Origin: Balanoglossus misakiensis
Lineage: Eukaryota; Animalia; Hemichordata
Assembly: GCA_040954595.2 (NCBI GenBank)
Contig: CM082586.2
Span: 2,919,124-2,983,123, forward strand
Length of the DNA stretch: 64,000 nt
Direction: 5' to 3'
Below, one piece after another: positions 1 through 35,039 of this stretch. How positions within the stretch are numbered: position 1 is the first letter of the stretch; each line of letters starts with the position of its first letter. Position numbers and translations under genes: made by a program. The notes under the pieces are model-generated. The model had not been told where the DNA came from, did no database searches, and worked only from the letters and a program-made list of their open reading frames with translations.

Positions 1-3000
1 TTTTTTCCTTTTTTTAAATTCTGTAAAATATTGTAACTTAAGAAAAAAACTGCCTTGACTATAAACCATCACAGGGAAAGGGTGCAATTTTATCATTAGT
101 CCAGAAATGAAATAATGTGTTTTCTGGTGTATAATAACTTACTTTGTTGTGCAGGCTTTTTTTCGATCATGCATTGTTTGCAGGTTATAAGCAGTAGAGA
201 GAGGCTTAGTTTGTTAAAATTAGTCAGGTAGTTTATTACAACGGTGTAGAGTAGTTGGATGACTGCTTTGAGCTGCTTTGAACTGGATGAAATGTGCTAT
301 GTATGTGCAGACTTGTAGGAGCATATAACTGACTCGTACATGTCATGACGACCAGAAGTTTGTGACCTCAGACTGATTCCGGTTCAAACCAGTTCTCAAA
401 GCAACTCCTGCCCTGAGAACAGCGTGTGAATCATATTTACCAGCAAACCAATGAGTTTCCCCTCAAACCCATTCGTAACAGCGCAACATATCTGATTATT
501 CTTCCTACTGGTGCTAAAGATTTCACACACAAAAACTTGAATATTTTGCAAAAACAGGTTATATTGATTAAAAATTTTCCCTACCTATTGTACAGTTTTT
601 GCCAATTTTGGACTTGTATATGAAGCATTTTAGACTGAAGATTTGTATGCCTGTAAAGCAGACTGTTTTATTTTGAGACACCATTGTAGATAAGAGATTT
701 ATATGTATTGGGTCCTGTAGACAGAAACTTGACATTGAGATGTAAAAATTGTCATCTTTGAAAATACCGAAAAACAATTCCAAAGCTCTTGTAACTTTTT
801 TCATCCGACTTGTAGAAATGTACAAAATCTGAGTATTGAAATAGGAATTGAGGTGTATAGACATTATTCAGAAATTGACACCAGTTTAAACCGGACTCAG
901 CCGGATCTCCTTGAAGTTTTTTTCAACAACAATGAATTTCAAATCCAGTGCAAACCAGTCACGACTGGTTTGTCCCACAATGCATCCCACCGTCGATGCG
1001 CCATTATGTATACAAGTCTGTTACAACCAATTGTAAATTAAAAAATATGACTGCCCAGTTTTTTGATGCTACACTTTTACTTACAAACCTGAATTTGATA
1101 CTAACCTAACAACGTGTACAGAAGGGAAAAAATTGAAGACTTTTGTTAAAGCTGTTTGCTAGACCTTTTAGCGTTGCAGTGTTTTGGGGTGTGGTGATCA
1201 CTGAGGCCAATGTTTTTACTAACCGTTTACACAATTCAGAAAGCATGCTTCCGAGTATTGTAATTATTTTTCTCGATTTTGAATTTTTCTATTTCGCTTA
1301 TACATATTGGTCATTTTTGTATGGTAGAAAATTAGACTCATTGCCAGGCTTAGGTTCTATTTTGAATGAAATGATATAAATACTATATATATTGTTACTT
1401 ATTTTATTGTAACATTGACACTACTATTTAGCCCTCTGTAAGAAACAAAGCCCCCCCTTGTACGTAAGTAAAAATACTTTTTTTTTTTCAAAATGTACAT
1501 TTGTACAAATTTTGTAAAGATTTGTCCCTGCTCTACTTGTCAGTGGGCTTTTTTGAAGATGATGTACAAACATTCCTGTTTTTGAGAACAGCTCACATTG
1601 TGTATTTTTTCAGCAAGTAAACCAGTCCAAACCGGTTTCGACCAGTTGATTTCTCTTGGAACTGGTTTACGTCTAGTTTGTATTTGCATTTTTCCAGAAT
1701 TTTTGACCATTGCAATACCACTGTGTTTTTTTTCATCTGCCATGACTTCATCTGGGTCACCTAGTTATCGCACTTGTATACAGGTTTGTTAACTAGAACA
1801 TGTTTGTTAATATGGCTATTCACTGGTTATTACTGGTAACTACTGGTTATATTTGTGCCTTGTGCATAGTTGTAAAAGATCAACTATATATTTGATGATT
1901 GTATTTAACATGTCATTGTTTATATTTGTTTTCTTGTATTAATTTGTATTCTCAGTATTATAGGAAACATTGATATTCCATGGTTAAGAAACTTTTTGCT
2001 AAAAAAAATCAAGTTAAACAAATTTTCATGCTGTGACCAATAGTTAAGGAAAATCCACATTTTTTCTAATCAAGCTAGCCAGAGCCCAGCTTTTCTAATT
2101 AAGTTACGAAATCTGTTCTTGCCAGTTGTAGAGTTGACTCCTCCAATTTGCCTAAAGACAAATCTGTATCAGAATGCTGCCGATGAATGCAATACTTCTG
2201 ACTTTTGTCAAATTGAGTATTTTTTACAATTTCGTTTTTGTGTGGAGTCTTCTGCGAATCGAGGGAAAATTCTGGAGAATTTTTACTCTGAAATGAATTT
2301 CTCATCAAGTTGTTTGCCAGTTGTGTAGAGTCTCGTTTGAATTATGAAAAACAATTCGTAAGATTTTTAAGTAACTTTTAAAACCAGATTGTCAATCAAA
2401 GTTGTTTTGGCGGAAGAGAAATGTTAAAACGGAATTACTGCTACTGTTTCAGTGATCTGAAGTTCGCAAAAAGAGTCAATGAAATGTCGTTTTCTCTCGC
2501 TGCATTTTGCCCGGTATACTGAAACACACACTGCCAATGTGTCGCTCGCGAGAGAGTGGAAATACTGGACAGTATTGCTCTAAGTTGTAGATTTTTAGGG
2601 GCTCTCAGACTATCAACTCAAACGTCATGTCTCGCATATATATATAGATTATCAATGTGAGATACTGACGGAACACACCACCATTTTATTCACCAGGATT
2701 TTGACCAATTTTTAACCGTGACTTGTTTTTCCCTCTTGACAACTGTTCCTAGGTTGCGGTCACAGCAAAGTGTAGTGTGTAGAGAAAGTCTTGTAGTGGT
2801 AGAAGTTACTTAATAATAAAAAAAATCCAGCCATGTGTGTGTGATACTTTAACCGATTGTTGAGCTTTTTGGGGAGAATGGTATATGTAGAGAGAAAGTG
2901 TTCTTATGGCTTATTAGTAGATTGTTGTTCTTGTGACTGTAGTACTTTAAGACAACAGACCCTAAAATTGCTATTAATAGTGTATATGCAATTGTTTACC

Positions 3001-3329
3001 ATGTATATTTGTCCTCTGTAGAAAGTTACAGTTGTAGAAAATTGTTGTACATCTTTGTAAGGTAGTTTGTATGTAGCCAGACAGAAATGTGTTTAATTAT
3101 GTACATGCTGTATCATAGAAGAAAAAAAAACGTAAGAAAAATGTACTACAAAATATTGAGTGTATAAAGACCTGGATCTTGATGTTTTTCCTTTCTTTTT
3201 TGCTCCGTAATATTAAACATTTCTGTATCTTCACAGCATACGTATACATCATTGCTTGTGTGTTTGGATTTTTTGGTTGGGTGTCCATGTATAGTATATG
3301 CTGTGGACTTCCTATTCAACCGTGTTACA

Positions 3330-5925
3330 TTATAAATGTGTATCCGACTGTGTCTGCTTTCCCATAACACCATCAGCAAGTCGGTCCAAGCCAGCGTCTC
3401 GAAGTCTTCTTACAAGAGTTCTGTAAGTCGCGTATTTGCCGTTCCTGTTTCGCCAAAGAAGCAGCATTCGTTGCTTCTGCTTTGTTTCGTCGTTGGGGGC
3501 GTCGTGGGCAATGTTGTCGATGACGGCATGCGACAAGTTCAGTTGATTTATTCCGAATGTTTTCCATTCCTTCGGTTCAAAGTTGTCCACCAGATACGCA
3601 AAGGCCCTCTTCAAGTTATCTGAACAAAAGATAAAATATGAAGATGTTCGTGGGGATTTGATAGGACTGGCGTGTATCATTTCGCCCCAAGCCAGACGAT
3701 GATGATGATGATGATGAGGATGAGGATGAGGATGATAATGATGAGGGGGAGGATGGGGATGAGGATCAAGGAGGAGGGTATTTGCAAACCCGTGCAAAAG
3801 TCAATGTACTATACTTTATTGTAATTATACGTACCCCTCGTGTTCTCTGCGTTTGTTGGAATAATTCCTGCCAGTTCGTCCTCTCTGTCTTTCTTTAAAC
3901 GCGCTGCAGTGTTGATGTGTCTCGCACCTTGTGGGGGAAAAAAAGATTCCTTGATTGCGGATTTGTATTTTAAGGAAAGACGAGAAAAGATTCCAAAACA
4001 AATTAAACTGGACCAAGTTAACGTTCAATGTCAGCACACTGGCGCTCACCTTCTTGCGATGTGCGTTTCGGAGCTCCTTCGACCTTTTGTTTGAATACTC
4101 TCCTTTTCTCTAAAAGAATATTAAAACTGATGTCAATAAGTAGTCCATGCACACGCACCATGAGTCGATCATGCAAAGATAATTGTTTGTCCTGGATTCG
4201 TTAACATTGCTAAAAGTCACATTGTCCTGTCTGAGAGTCACTTACTTTTCCTGGATGAAATTCCAGCGGAGCTACCAAGAGGTGTATCCGAATAGCAAGA
4301 TGCTGCGTCGAAGTCTCGTGTGATGTGACCTATCCAACTCCAATGGCGTTCATCCTGTTTTTCCTTTGCGTCTGAAGAGAAAAGCACAAGTAAGGTTTAA
4401 TAGTTCCAAATGCGTGTAGCAGCAATTTACGGCTGTGATTTGATGGTTTTTTGGCCAGTTGTATTTTGCTGTAGGTCTTATTCATACCTTTTTGCGAGGA
4501 TGTCACGTTATTAACCTTATTCCCAGAAACGGCTCTTTTTGTTGGATTATTTGACGCTGGTTTGGAACTGGAAGTAGAACTGTCACGTGATTGGAAATAA
4601 GGATTTCCATCCATGCAGATTTCTCGCAATTTTTGCTGTCGCCTGCTGTCGAAACTTTTCGGCAGTACCCTGATGTCGTTGTTGGCGGCGTTCAACTTGA
4701 CCAGAGCTTCGAGTTCGGCGAGGCTGTCCGGTAACTCGACAAGTTTGTTGTCGCTCAGCGTTAGTTCTCGGAGCTGTTTCAGAGAGCCCAACCACTCCGG
4801 GAGCTCTGTAAGGGCGTTTTTATCGAGGTTTAACTCGCGAAGTTGCGTCAGACAGTCCAGTGGCGTCGACACTTCACCAAGCCTGTTGCTTGAGAGATCC
4901 AGAACTCTCAGATTTTCAAGCTTAACTATGTCCCGTGGTAATTTCTCCAAGAAATTATTCTGTAGATTCAGGTACTTCAGCGTAACCACCTGGCACAGCT
5001 CGTTTGGCACTGATGCCAGGGAGTTGCCTCCCAAGTCAATGTACTCCAGCTTTCTCAAATTTGTCAAGTTCTTCGGCAAATCCCTGATCTTATTCCCGCG
5101 AATTGAAATGACCTTCAGCCTAATCAGCCTGCATATTACATTCGGGAAGACAGAAATATTATTATCCGACAGATTCAACTTTTCCATACTTTTCCACACT
5201 CTAACTTCGTTCGGCAGAGTTCTGAGACGGTTGCTTCGCGCGTTGAGTTCCCTGAGATTTTCCATCTCTCCGAGGCTCGGAGGTAGCTCCCTAATTTTGT
5301 TGTTGTCAATCCAGAGGATTTTCAGTCTTTTCAGCGAGCCGACGGAATGTGGCAACTCTTTTAGATCGTTGTCGCTCAAGTAGAGTTCCTCAAGATGGAC
5401 CATCTTCAACGTCTGCAGGGGTATGGTGCGAAGGTTCGTTCCGGAGACGTCCAGTCGCTTCAGGTTACAAGGAGTCAGTGCGCCGAAGGTGAAAACGAGA
5501 GACGGGTTCCCCTGCAGAGCCAGCGTGTGCAGAGTTGTGAGCGCTGAAGTTCCCTTTCTCACTTGCCGTGGTTCTTCTCCGATGCCCAGCGGAAATCTCA
5601 GCAACCTGCAGTCGTCGGCGTACACCTTTTCAAGATGTCGGAGTCCGTAGATCTCTGCCGGTACCGAAGTCAACGGGTTGCCGCCGATGTCAAGCTCCAC
5701 GAGTTTGTACAAGTGGACAGCAACCGTCGGGAACTGCTCGAATCTGTTGTTTCTCAGAACAAGTTCTTCCAAATTGCGGAGTTGGACGGTGCTCTCAGGT
5801 AGGCTCGATAGCTCATTATTTTCCAGGTTCAAAGCTTCGATGTCTGTGCTTCGGAAAACGTCGCCTGGCAACGCCGAGAGTTGCCTGTTGCTGAGGTCGC
5901 ACTCTACAGTGACGTCGTCGGCCAT
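3330..5925 (-). CDS. LRR + C-terminal death domain protein (LRRD1/PIDD-like domain content), 5 coding exons, about 668 aa
   Basis: Exons 5925-4488, 4371-4246, 4109-4050, 3927-3835 and 3619-3330 join in frame through GT-AG, phase-1 introns. Exon 1 has many LxxLxLxxNxLxxLP repeats. The last exon reads as a death domain (EWKTFGINQLNLSHAVIDNIAHDAPND...MLLLWRNRNGKYATYRTLVRRLRDAGLDRLAD). Confidence 0.88.
3697..3775. repeat. (GAT)n/(GAGGAT)n low-complexity intronic microsatellite
   Basis: gatgatgatgatg...gaggatgaggatg; this is the source of the spurious His/Pro-rich ORF start. Confidence 0.85.
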
Positions 5926-7599
5926 GGTCGAGCAGATTCAGAGTTCACGAGTCATACCACCTGTTGAGTGTAGAAGTGAGAGAGAAACCAAAAAGGTTGG
6001 CTGATAAAATAATTCCAGGCCGTGAAATATTACTGGCCTTAGTTACACGAAGCAACGTATATTAATTGAACCTAAACAACTACAGTAGGCCTACACAGTG
6101 TCTCCTAAAGCAACCTGAAATTGCATGGATCCGGATCACAGATCATCTCAAATCTTCTGTTCGGCTTTGTGCGATAGAATGAGAACAACCATATTTGCAC
6201 AGATAATCTGAACATAGAACACCGTCAGATCCCAAGGCATAGGCTTACCTCTTTAGGTCTAGTGCTATCCCTATACAGTAAACGCAATATCGTTTGGTGA
6301 CAAAACAAATTCGCCTATTGGGGTATTTATTTCGTCAACCCTCTTTCAACAGGTCACAACATGAGAACAATGTATTTGTTTGAGCGCTTACCTTCCTGAT
6401 CAGGGTATTGTTCTTGCCGTTTCAAAATACAATTCTCATGTAGCTTTATGGCGAAAAGGATATACCTGTGAACCTAACTCGTGACGGCTGTCATGTACAT
6501 GGGGAGGTAGCCTACGGTTTAAAAATGCAACTGAACAAGGCCTTACGTGAGAATAACGTATTTTTGTTGGCTGTTTTTATTCGGGCGTGGATGAAAATTT
6601 CTACTCCATTACATTCTATGTATATTCGTTTTATCAAATTGCTGATAATTTCTGACACGTACATGTTCAACAAATTATCTGAAAAAATGTCTGTCAAACA
6701 GACACAGCTCAAAAAGTAACGTTTGAACTCGAAGGTATTACCATTCCGAGTGGCAGACAACGTGTGTACCTGTGATCATATTCCCCGTTTCCCTCGATAT
6801 TTGGTGAGCATCAGATGAAAACCTAAAAAGTCTACAAGTCACTGTCGCACACGCACACCATAACTGAAGCTTATGGCTGCTTACCTTCCCGTCGTTATCT
6901 CTCTTGCGTTGGTCGTATCGAACAAGAGACTTCACATATCAGATGAAGTACATGTACATCGAAAATTACTGCGTTCACTGATGTCTTGTTTAGAAGATCC
7001 AGGGGACAAATTTATCTTGAAGAACCAAAAGAACGGCCAAAATGCACTAGAAGTGAACGACGTAAGCTGTACATGTCTTTTTCAAACAGCTCCGGTCGTC
7101 ATGGTTCCCGTACCGCTCTTTCTACGTGTAATCGACACCTTGTCACTAATCGGGGCCGTAACCCGACCTAATAGCCAATGGGGGTAGTAGGCCTAGTCAC
7201 TGATCTGTACAAATCATTGCTAATACGTAAATTATATGTATCACAAAAGAGGTTGTTGTTATTGGGAGTTCAAAACTGTTCGGAAGAATTATATTTTTAA
7301 TTCGACGACGACAACAAAAAACCTATGCCCAAACAATCAGATTTTTCTGTTGGTATTCCGTGTGGTTCAACACGTACACTTATGACTTTCACTTGTTGAA
7401 ATCGAACTATGGGGGCGCTCTATATAATTGATTTATATCGGCGGAAACTCGAACGGTGCGACAAATAGTTCACCAAAGTTGGGAATTTTCGAATAAAGAC
7501 AGTGTTTATCGCCTTGGCTACTCGCTAGTCATTCATATTATATGAAGAAGCATACGTGAGCAAATAAGACGCTCACATCCTTCACAAGTTGACCTTTGA

Positions 7600-7700
7600 C
7601 CTGAAAAAACTGTTGTAGCTGCAACATGGCGACCTAGCAACATCGACAGCAAACGCCAGGAAGTGTGACTCGGCATATTTGCCTCGCTGGCGGTTTATAG
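7600..7700. promoter_or_regulatory. Putative core promoter in the head-to-head interval between the LRR-DD gene and the Roco gene
   Basis: Clustered YY1-like CAACATGGCG, RFX-like CCTAGCAAC and ETS-like CAGGAAGTG motifs in a CpG-richer stretch upstream of the Roco start exon. Motif-based only. Confidence 0.4.
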
Positions 7701-7886
7701 CGGGCTCCTGAATTGTTGTAGGCTGTGCTTTGCACTTTACCACATTCATAATCGAGGATAGAGCCGCATATTATAAAGGTGAGAGCTAGTTCTATCGCCA
7801 ACGTGAATGAATGATCATGTTGTAAATAACAAAATACTTCAGTTGTCATATCGCACACTGCAATTGCTCCTATGACTTAGTTAGGT

Positions 7887-7947
7887 CATGGAGGTACTCT
7901 CTAGTACCTCCATGGTTAGGTTAGGTACTTAGTACCTCCATGGTTAG
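7887..7947. repeat. Short hairpin element CATGGAGGTACT-ctct-AGTACCTCCATG with a partial tandem copy
   Basis: Perfect 12-bp inverted repeat at 7887-7914; the right arm (tagtacctccatggttag) repeats at about 7930-7947. Confidence 0.75.
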
Positions 7948-8357
7948 AGTATCACATACTTCTGGCGGCATCACAATCATGCGTACGCGCTTGTGCCAGT
8001 TAGAAAAAGTACACCGACCGCTTAGTCGTTTGTTGTGAAGAATGTGAGATAGATCTTATGAGCGGGTCGGTAAATGAAAGCTTCGTATCGACCTAAATAA
8101 ACATGAGAGTGTGGCCGAAATGACAAGGTATTTTAGTGAAACAGCCTAGTACTGGGACACACACTTGCAAAGTATATATATACACGAAATGTATAACTTT
8201 CACTATGGTTGAACAGGTATCTCAATATGTAAATTTTAATTGAATATGCAAATGATGTGTTAAATATGCAAATATCTATTAAAGTATGCAAATGAAGACC
8301 AAAACAAGAATTGAATATCTTTTTCTCCGCTTATTTTTTCAATTGCATTTTAGCAAT

Positions 8358-29862
<21,505 letters not shown>

Positions 29863-30849
29863 AAGCCAGAAGATTGGTCGAGGTTTTTTGGCCGCTGAAC
29901 AGTCTGGAGGTCACCGGTTGAAGATGTTCGAGAAAATCATGGCATGCCCATGTAAGAAAGAAAAATGCAAAAATTAATTGGTATAGAGGCTTTAACCAAG
30001 AGACTTTTTAGAGGCTTTTTTGATTGGACTTTTGAGATAAGGCATAATGCAAACAATCAGCAATAGATCATATCAAGACACTCCAAAAATTCAAACATTT
30101 TGTATGAGACAATTCAACGTGTATATGTGATCATTATTATCTGCTGAAGAGTAGAATTGTATATTCAAAGAGTAGTTAACATTTTTGATAAAAATGTATA
30201 AATATTTAAGATATTTATTTTGGATGTGAAAAGTAGCATTAAAGAAGCCTGATAGGAATTTATGAAATGTTTTATGGAATAGGGACCTATCATGAGTTAC
30301 ATGATTTTGTATGCAAGTGGAAGGAGGTTTTGGAATTCATATCATAGTTACAAAGTAGAATGTGAGTCTAGAGGGTGTGTAAATATTAAATACACCCACT
30401 CCAAATCTGGTGAATACACTGTGTTCACTGTTTTCATTGAGCGATGGGTCTTGTATCATAATGAATATGCGATTTCAAAGTATTTCTTTGATGTGTACTT
30501 CTGTAGCTTTCATGGCTGTTCTGTGTAGGTTAAACGAAGAGCGTATTTCTACCTCTGATTTCAATCAAATTGCCAACTGACTCATTTACAGAGAGTATTA
30601 CAGCCGACACATTTACATGTCTAATATATAACAGGGTAATTTCTCAGTCACTGGGTATTATAGCCTCAACCGCCCTCAACCATGTATAATTTGTGTACTT
30701 TGTGCTATGTAAATTTTAGAAGAGATGTTGGCTTTTATGAAACATGATTCTGAAGTCATTTAGTTTATTCATGTCGTATTTTTGTTTGCTTTCACTGTTT
30801 TGGGGCTTTTTTCACTCCACATAGTGCATAACGAAAGTTTGTCGCAGTT

Positions 30850-31120
30850 TTGTCGGTAGAGGGCGCAAGCAAATGACGTCATTCGAAGGGGGCAGGGGTC
30901 AACGTTTTAAAAATGGCGGATCACGTCGTCTGCTCTGAGCTGCCAAATGGTCCGGCGTTTTGCCTGTATGTAACGCTTCTGGACGCACAGATACCAAGGA
31001 AGAACAGAGGAATGTGGTTAAAATATCTTTGTTTGCATGGTGTCACGTGAGCATGTGTGGGGAGCTGTCACTGCGTTAGAGAAGTTATCTGAACAAGGCC
31101 GGCCAGTGTGCATGGTAAGT
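30850..31120 (+). promoter_or_regulatory. Putative promoter and first exon of an unidentified + strand transcript
   Basis: CTCF-like GGTAGAGGGCGC, perfect CRE TGACGTCA, YY1 AAAATGGCGG, E-box TCACGTGA, and a strong donor G|GTAAGT at about 31113. Confidence 0.45.
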
Positions 31121-32037
31121 CAACTTTCAAATTTTTTCTGAGCGCAACATACAAAAGCCGATAAAACCCGTGGGTGCTCTATGACTACATTGGTTCTCTC
31201 TCGCTGTAGTCCCAATAGACACATTTACTTCACTTCACCAAATGTCACTCAGCGCCGAGGGCGAACTGCGTGTACCATGTGTACTATTGACAAGGACTAT
31301 TTTCCATTACGCATTGATCACCAATGTACAACTACATGGACGCTGGAAACCTTGGTACTGGCGTGACATTAATTTTATTCATAGGCCACATTAATGATAA
31401 CATATGAAGTCACTGATCAAAAACAATATCGACAGAACTGTTATGTACGAGTATGTATTGATTCTCCTCATGACATCTGCGAAATTTGCATCGATCTTTC
31501 AATCAATGGAAAGGTAGCTAGCTGAAGGTATACGTTTTAACAAAAGCATTTTAAAGATGAAATGCATGATGCGTCTCCGTTGAGAATATAACAGTTTTCA
31601 CAAATTTTAGTACAAGATTAAATATCTGTCTGTCTAACAACCATTACCACTATGATATAGCAAATGTAAATTAAAACAGAATCGCCTTAAAGCACTGTCA
31701 AGTGATGATACCAGCTATCCATAACCAGCCACATTAAATGAGCTATAACATTAGATTGGCAGGAGCGTGACTAGCACTACAGATAATAATAGCAGATAAT
31801 TAGCAAGCCTTGTGAATAATTTTCTTAAGGCAAAAATCCATGCTTATTCAGTGCTACATAAAATGATTGAGTCAGCTAAACTCTAACGAACGGGGAATGA
31901 TCTAGCGCATGCATGGTGTAAGGATGTTTATGTTTTGCTTCTAAGTTGACAAAAAATATCAGAGCTAAATAATGTCAGTTATGTAGCAGCCATCGTCAGT
32001 ATTTTTCTTCTGTCGAACGACGTACGTACTTTCGTAA

Positions 32038-33093
32038 CTAGACAGTGCTTGGCCCGCCTACTCCTTCGTTCTCCGTTGATTGGGTCATCCTGGTGTCCAG
32101 ACTCATGTCAGTTGGACGATTGGTTGAATTCGGTGCTTGTGCCACCTGGTTTGTACGTCCGCGTTTTCGGAATAGTTTTCCCGTCAGTAGCTCTTTGTAC
32201 GCTTCTTTGAAGTGCCTGTTGTTGATGCCGTACAGGAAGGGGTTCATGACGCCTCCAATATGAAGTAACGGGTACATCAAGATCATGGCCTCTGGTGGTG
32301 GTCGTTGGCCGTAGAGCTGGTAACAGTTGATCAGGATGACGACCGGCAAGTAACCGAGCATGACCATGAAGAAGACGCCGACAATGACCAGCAGCATACG
32401 GACCTCCTGTGAAGATGGACCATTTGCACCGGCACTTTGCGACTGGTGGCTCTGAACGCGACGCCTGCTCTTCATCACGTAGACGATGATCGGAAGGTAC
32501 ACCAAAGGTACAATAATCGAAGGGGTGTAGAACAGGAGTACAAAGAGAACTTGGGTACCGGGCATCTGACAACGAAAAGATGGTGGTGAGTATCTTGATC
32601 GAGATGTGTCTTGAAACACGGCGTACTCATTCGCTATCGGAAAACACCAGGCAAATACAAATGCAAGTGCCAGCGTAACTTTGTTGGTAAGTCGACGGTA
32701 CTTCTCGTTGTGGACGATGAAGATGTACCGATTGATGGAGATGAATGCTGTCAGCCAGAGCGAAACTGAAACCAGTACCGGGTTGAGGACGTTGTGTACC
32801 AGACAGAATTTGGCTCCCAAGCGCCACTTTCGGTGCAGATAGGAATCTGCCGTTGGGAGCAATACGAAGATTGCTGCAATGATGTCTGTCACGCTCAGGT
32901 TGACCAAGAACATATTCATCGACGACCTCAGTTTCTTCTTGAAGAAAACTATCAAGATGAACAGAGTATTGCCGAAGATTGCTCCCAACGCCAGGATGAT
33001 CTCGAGAGCACCGGACAGGTCGGTCGCCCATGACACCGGCAGTACAATCTCAGGCGCAGTGCGGCTATCGTTACTGGAAACCGTGCTGTTCAT
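32038..33093 (-). CDS. Intronless rhodopsin-class (class A) GPCR, melatonin-receptor/moody-like (NRY motif)
   Basis: 351-aa ORF with 7 hydrophobic segments, N-glycosylation sites (NST, NDS), TM1 GN, TM2 NLSVTD, TM3 INRY, TM6 GYLP and TM7 NPFLY. Confidence 0.92.
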   Translation of the reverse strand: MNSTVSSNDSRTAPEIVLPVSWATDLSGALEIILALGAIFGNTLFILIVFFKKKLRSSMNMFLVNLSVTDIIAAIFVLLPTADSYLHRKWRLGAKFCLVHNVLNPVLVSVSLWLTAFISINRYIFIVHNEKYRRLTNKVTLALAFVFAWCFPIANEYAVFQDTSRSRYSPPSFRCQMPGTQVLFVLLFYTPSIIVPLVYLPIIVYVMKSRRRVQSHQSQSAGANGPSSQEVRMLLVIVGVFFMVMLGYLPVVILINCYQLYGQRPPPEAMILMYPLLHIGGVMNPFLYGINNRHFKEAYKELLTGKLFRKRGRTNQVAQAPNSTNRPTDMSLDTRMTQSTENEGVGGPSTV

Positions 33094-35039
33094 GCTTTAA
33101 GTCTGTGTACAGCTCTCGTAGTTGTACAGAAGCGAATGAACGCAAACTTCCCGGTAAATAAGTTCATATGTGATGCGTGCGACAAAGTGGATAGGCTGTC
33201 ACTGAAATTAACATAAATGTGCATGGATGTACGCATTTTCAAAATTTCTGGATGACGTACAATCAACGTACCGAACGCCAACTTACATCTTTACCGCCAT
33301 CGGCAATGAAAAATGAATAAAACCCACTTGAGAGAGTGTATTCCATTCAAGAAATTCTACCCTACTAAAAAATTGGACTCGTACTGTTCAATTTTCATTA
33401 CAAGCCCACAAGGGTTGAACATTATCTATATACGTAATTTAAGAAGTGATATACACACGTGGATGGATAAATCTGAATGGAGGACACCCCAAGGACCCTG
33501 TCGCATAAAGTCAAAAGCAATTTGATGGTCATGAGCAGCTTCCGAAAACTAGATCTGGGAAAAAGGGGACATATTCATACTTTTTGTGGCAATGGTTTAC
33601 ACGTTGTAACAAGGACCCACCCAGGATCTTTTAAAATGAAGATGTTTAAGATTTCAAACCAGACAAGCCATTTCCGAGAAATTCGATTTTGTCCATTAAA
33701 AAGCAAACGTTGCGCCCAAAACGCTTGATTGATATTTTCGTCACAATTTCGACACGATAAGGACATTCTTAGAACGACATGTATATTATTTGTACCAATC
33801 TGAATGACACTAATCTGCACGAGCTTACTCTTTAGAGAAGATTGATGGCAAAAAAATGAATGAAGAAAATAATAGTTTATAATGTAAAAGCAAATCTCTA
33901 TAGGCCTATAGTCTTCCCCAGGTATATAGTACACGCAAACCAATTTTCAAAGCAATCTGACTAGTACTTTTAACTTTTACTCAGCTTCATGAAAATAACT
34001 GGTTTGATGGTGTTTCCATGTTGTCTGCTACGGTACGTATAAGATAAAAAATATGGCTTTGAATAAAAGCCCACAGGAAACATGCAGTGCGCCAATTTTT
34101 AAATGTTCGTCATCGAAGAGAAGGTCGCGATTTCCTCCCCTTTGAAATCGACGACAATGCACAATGCATGTTTTGGCAGGATCTCGAATTCACAAGAAGT
34201 ATCCGCGTTGCCGCTAACCATAAATGCGGTAAACACCAATTGAGGTGATCATACCTGAACCTTTAACCGTCCTTGCTGTGTTTAGCGGTGTGGTGCTTGC
34301 AAGGCAAGGAATTTGCCGGCGTCCCTTCGTGTCATTCAAAGACACGAACCTCTCGGAATTCACGCAGAACTGTACCTCACAACCCATTCTTGAAAACAAC
34401 CTCCGCGTGGCCTTCAACTAGGAACCTGGCGAGTATCAAGGCGTCTAAACGCGACTGTTTGAACATTCCTCCATTGTGTGTATTGGAGGTTTTGCACTTT
34501 CGAACAAGAGAACCCAGTAGACAATTTAAAATTCAACAATTGATACCAGAAGCCCTTTGCGATGGAAGGCGGCAACGTTTGACACGTGTTGTGGCAGAAT
34601 TTCAACAAAGAGAAAAGTGGTAAACAAGCGAGATGACGCTAATCTGAAAGTTTCCCCGTCGTCTGTATTGGGTCTGTTGTGTTGTAAGTTAAAAAGAATG
34701 TATACGAAGCTGCTATATAGGTGGTGTACTGGTAGTTATCAATTAACACACGAAAGGTAATAAGTAAAATTAAGAGACGACAAACAACTGAATTAGTTAA
34801 GCATCTTAAAGTTTATTAATTGCAAACAAAACGCCGAGCGACTAGTGAGCTAGTGTAATATTGCGAGCAAAACGGTTAGATTTTTCCAGCATATACAGTA
34901 AATGTGTAATTAATTTTGATTTATGCGCCTGTCATTAATAGAGCTTGCAAACCACGGTCACTCCACACAAGTGGTCTTATGCACACAGTACAGGTCATGA
35001 CACTCGTTGTTGTTATCGACTGTTTCTGCGTACACGTCC

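Noticed and set aside
1-3300. Possible genes or regulatory RNA in the first 3.3 kb, including scattered ACCAGT/ACTGGT dyads (e.g. 952-971)
   Set aside because: AT-rich with only short uninformative ORFs; probably 3' UTR or intergenic. The dyads are too short to support a structure.
3620-3797. His/Pro-rich N-terminus of ORF 3330-3797
   Set aside because: Intronic microsatellite; the true exon starts at the acceptor at 3619.
4613-6004. Long + strand ORFs (256 aa and others)
   Set aside because: Antisense shadows of the LRR exon with no independent motifs.
7915-7926. Telomeric (TTAGG)n
   Set aside because: Only two copies, within a small hairpin duplication.
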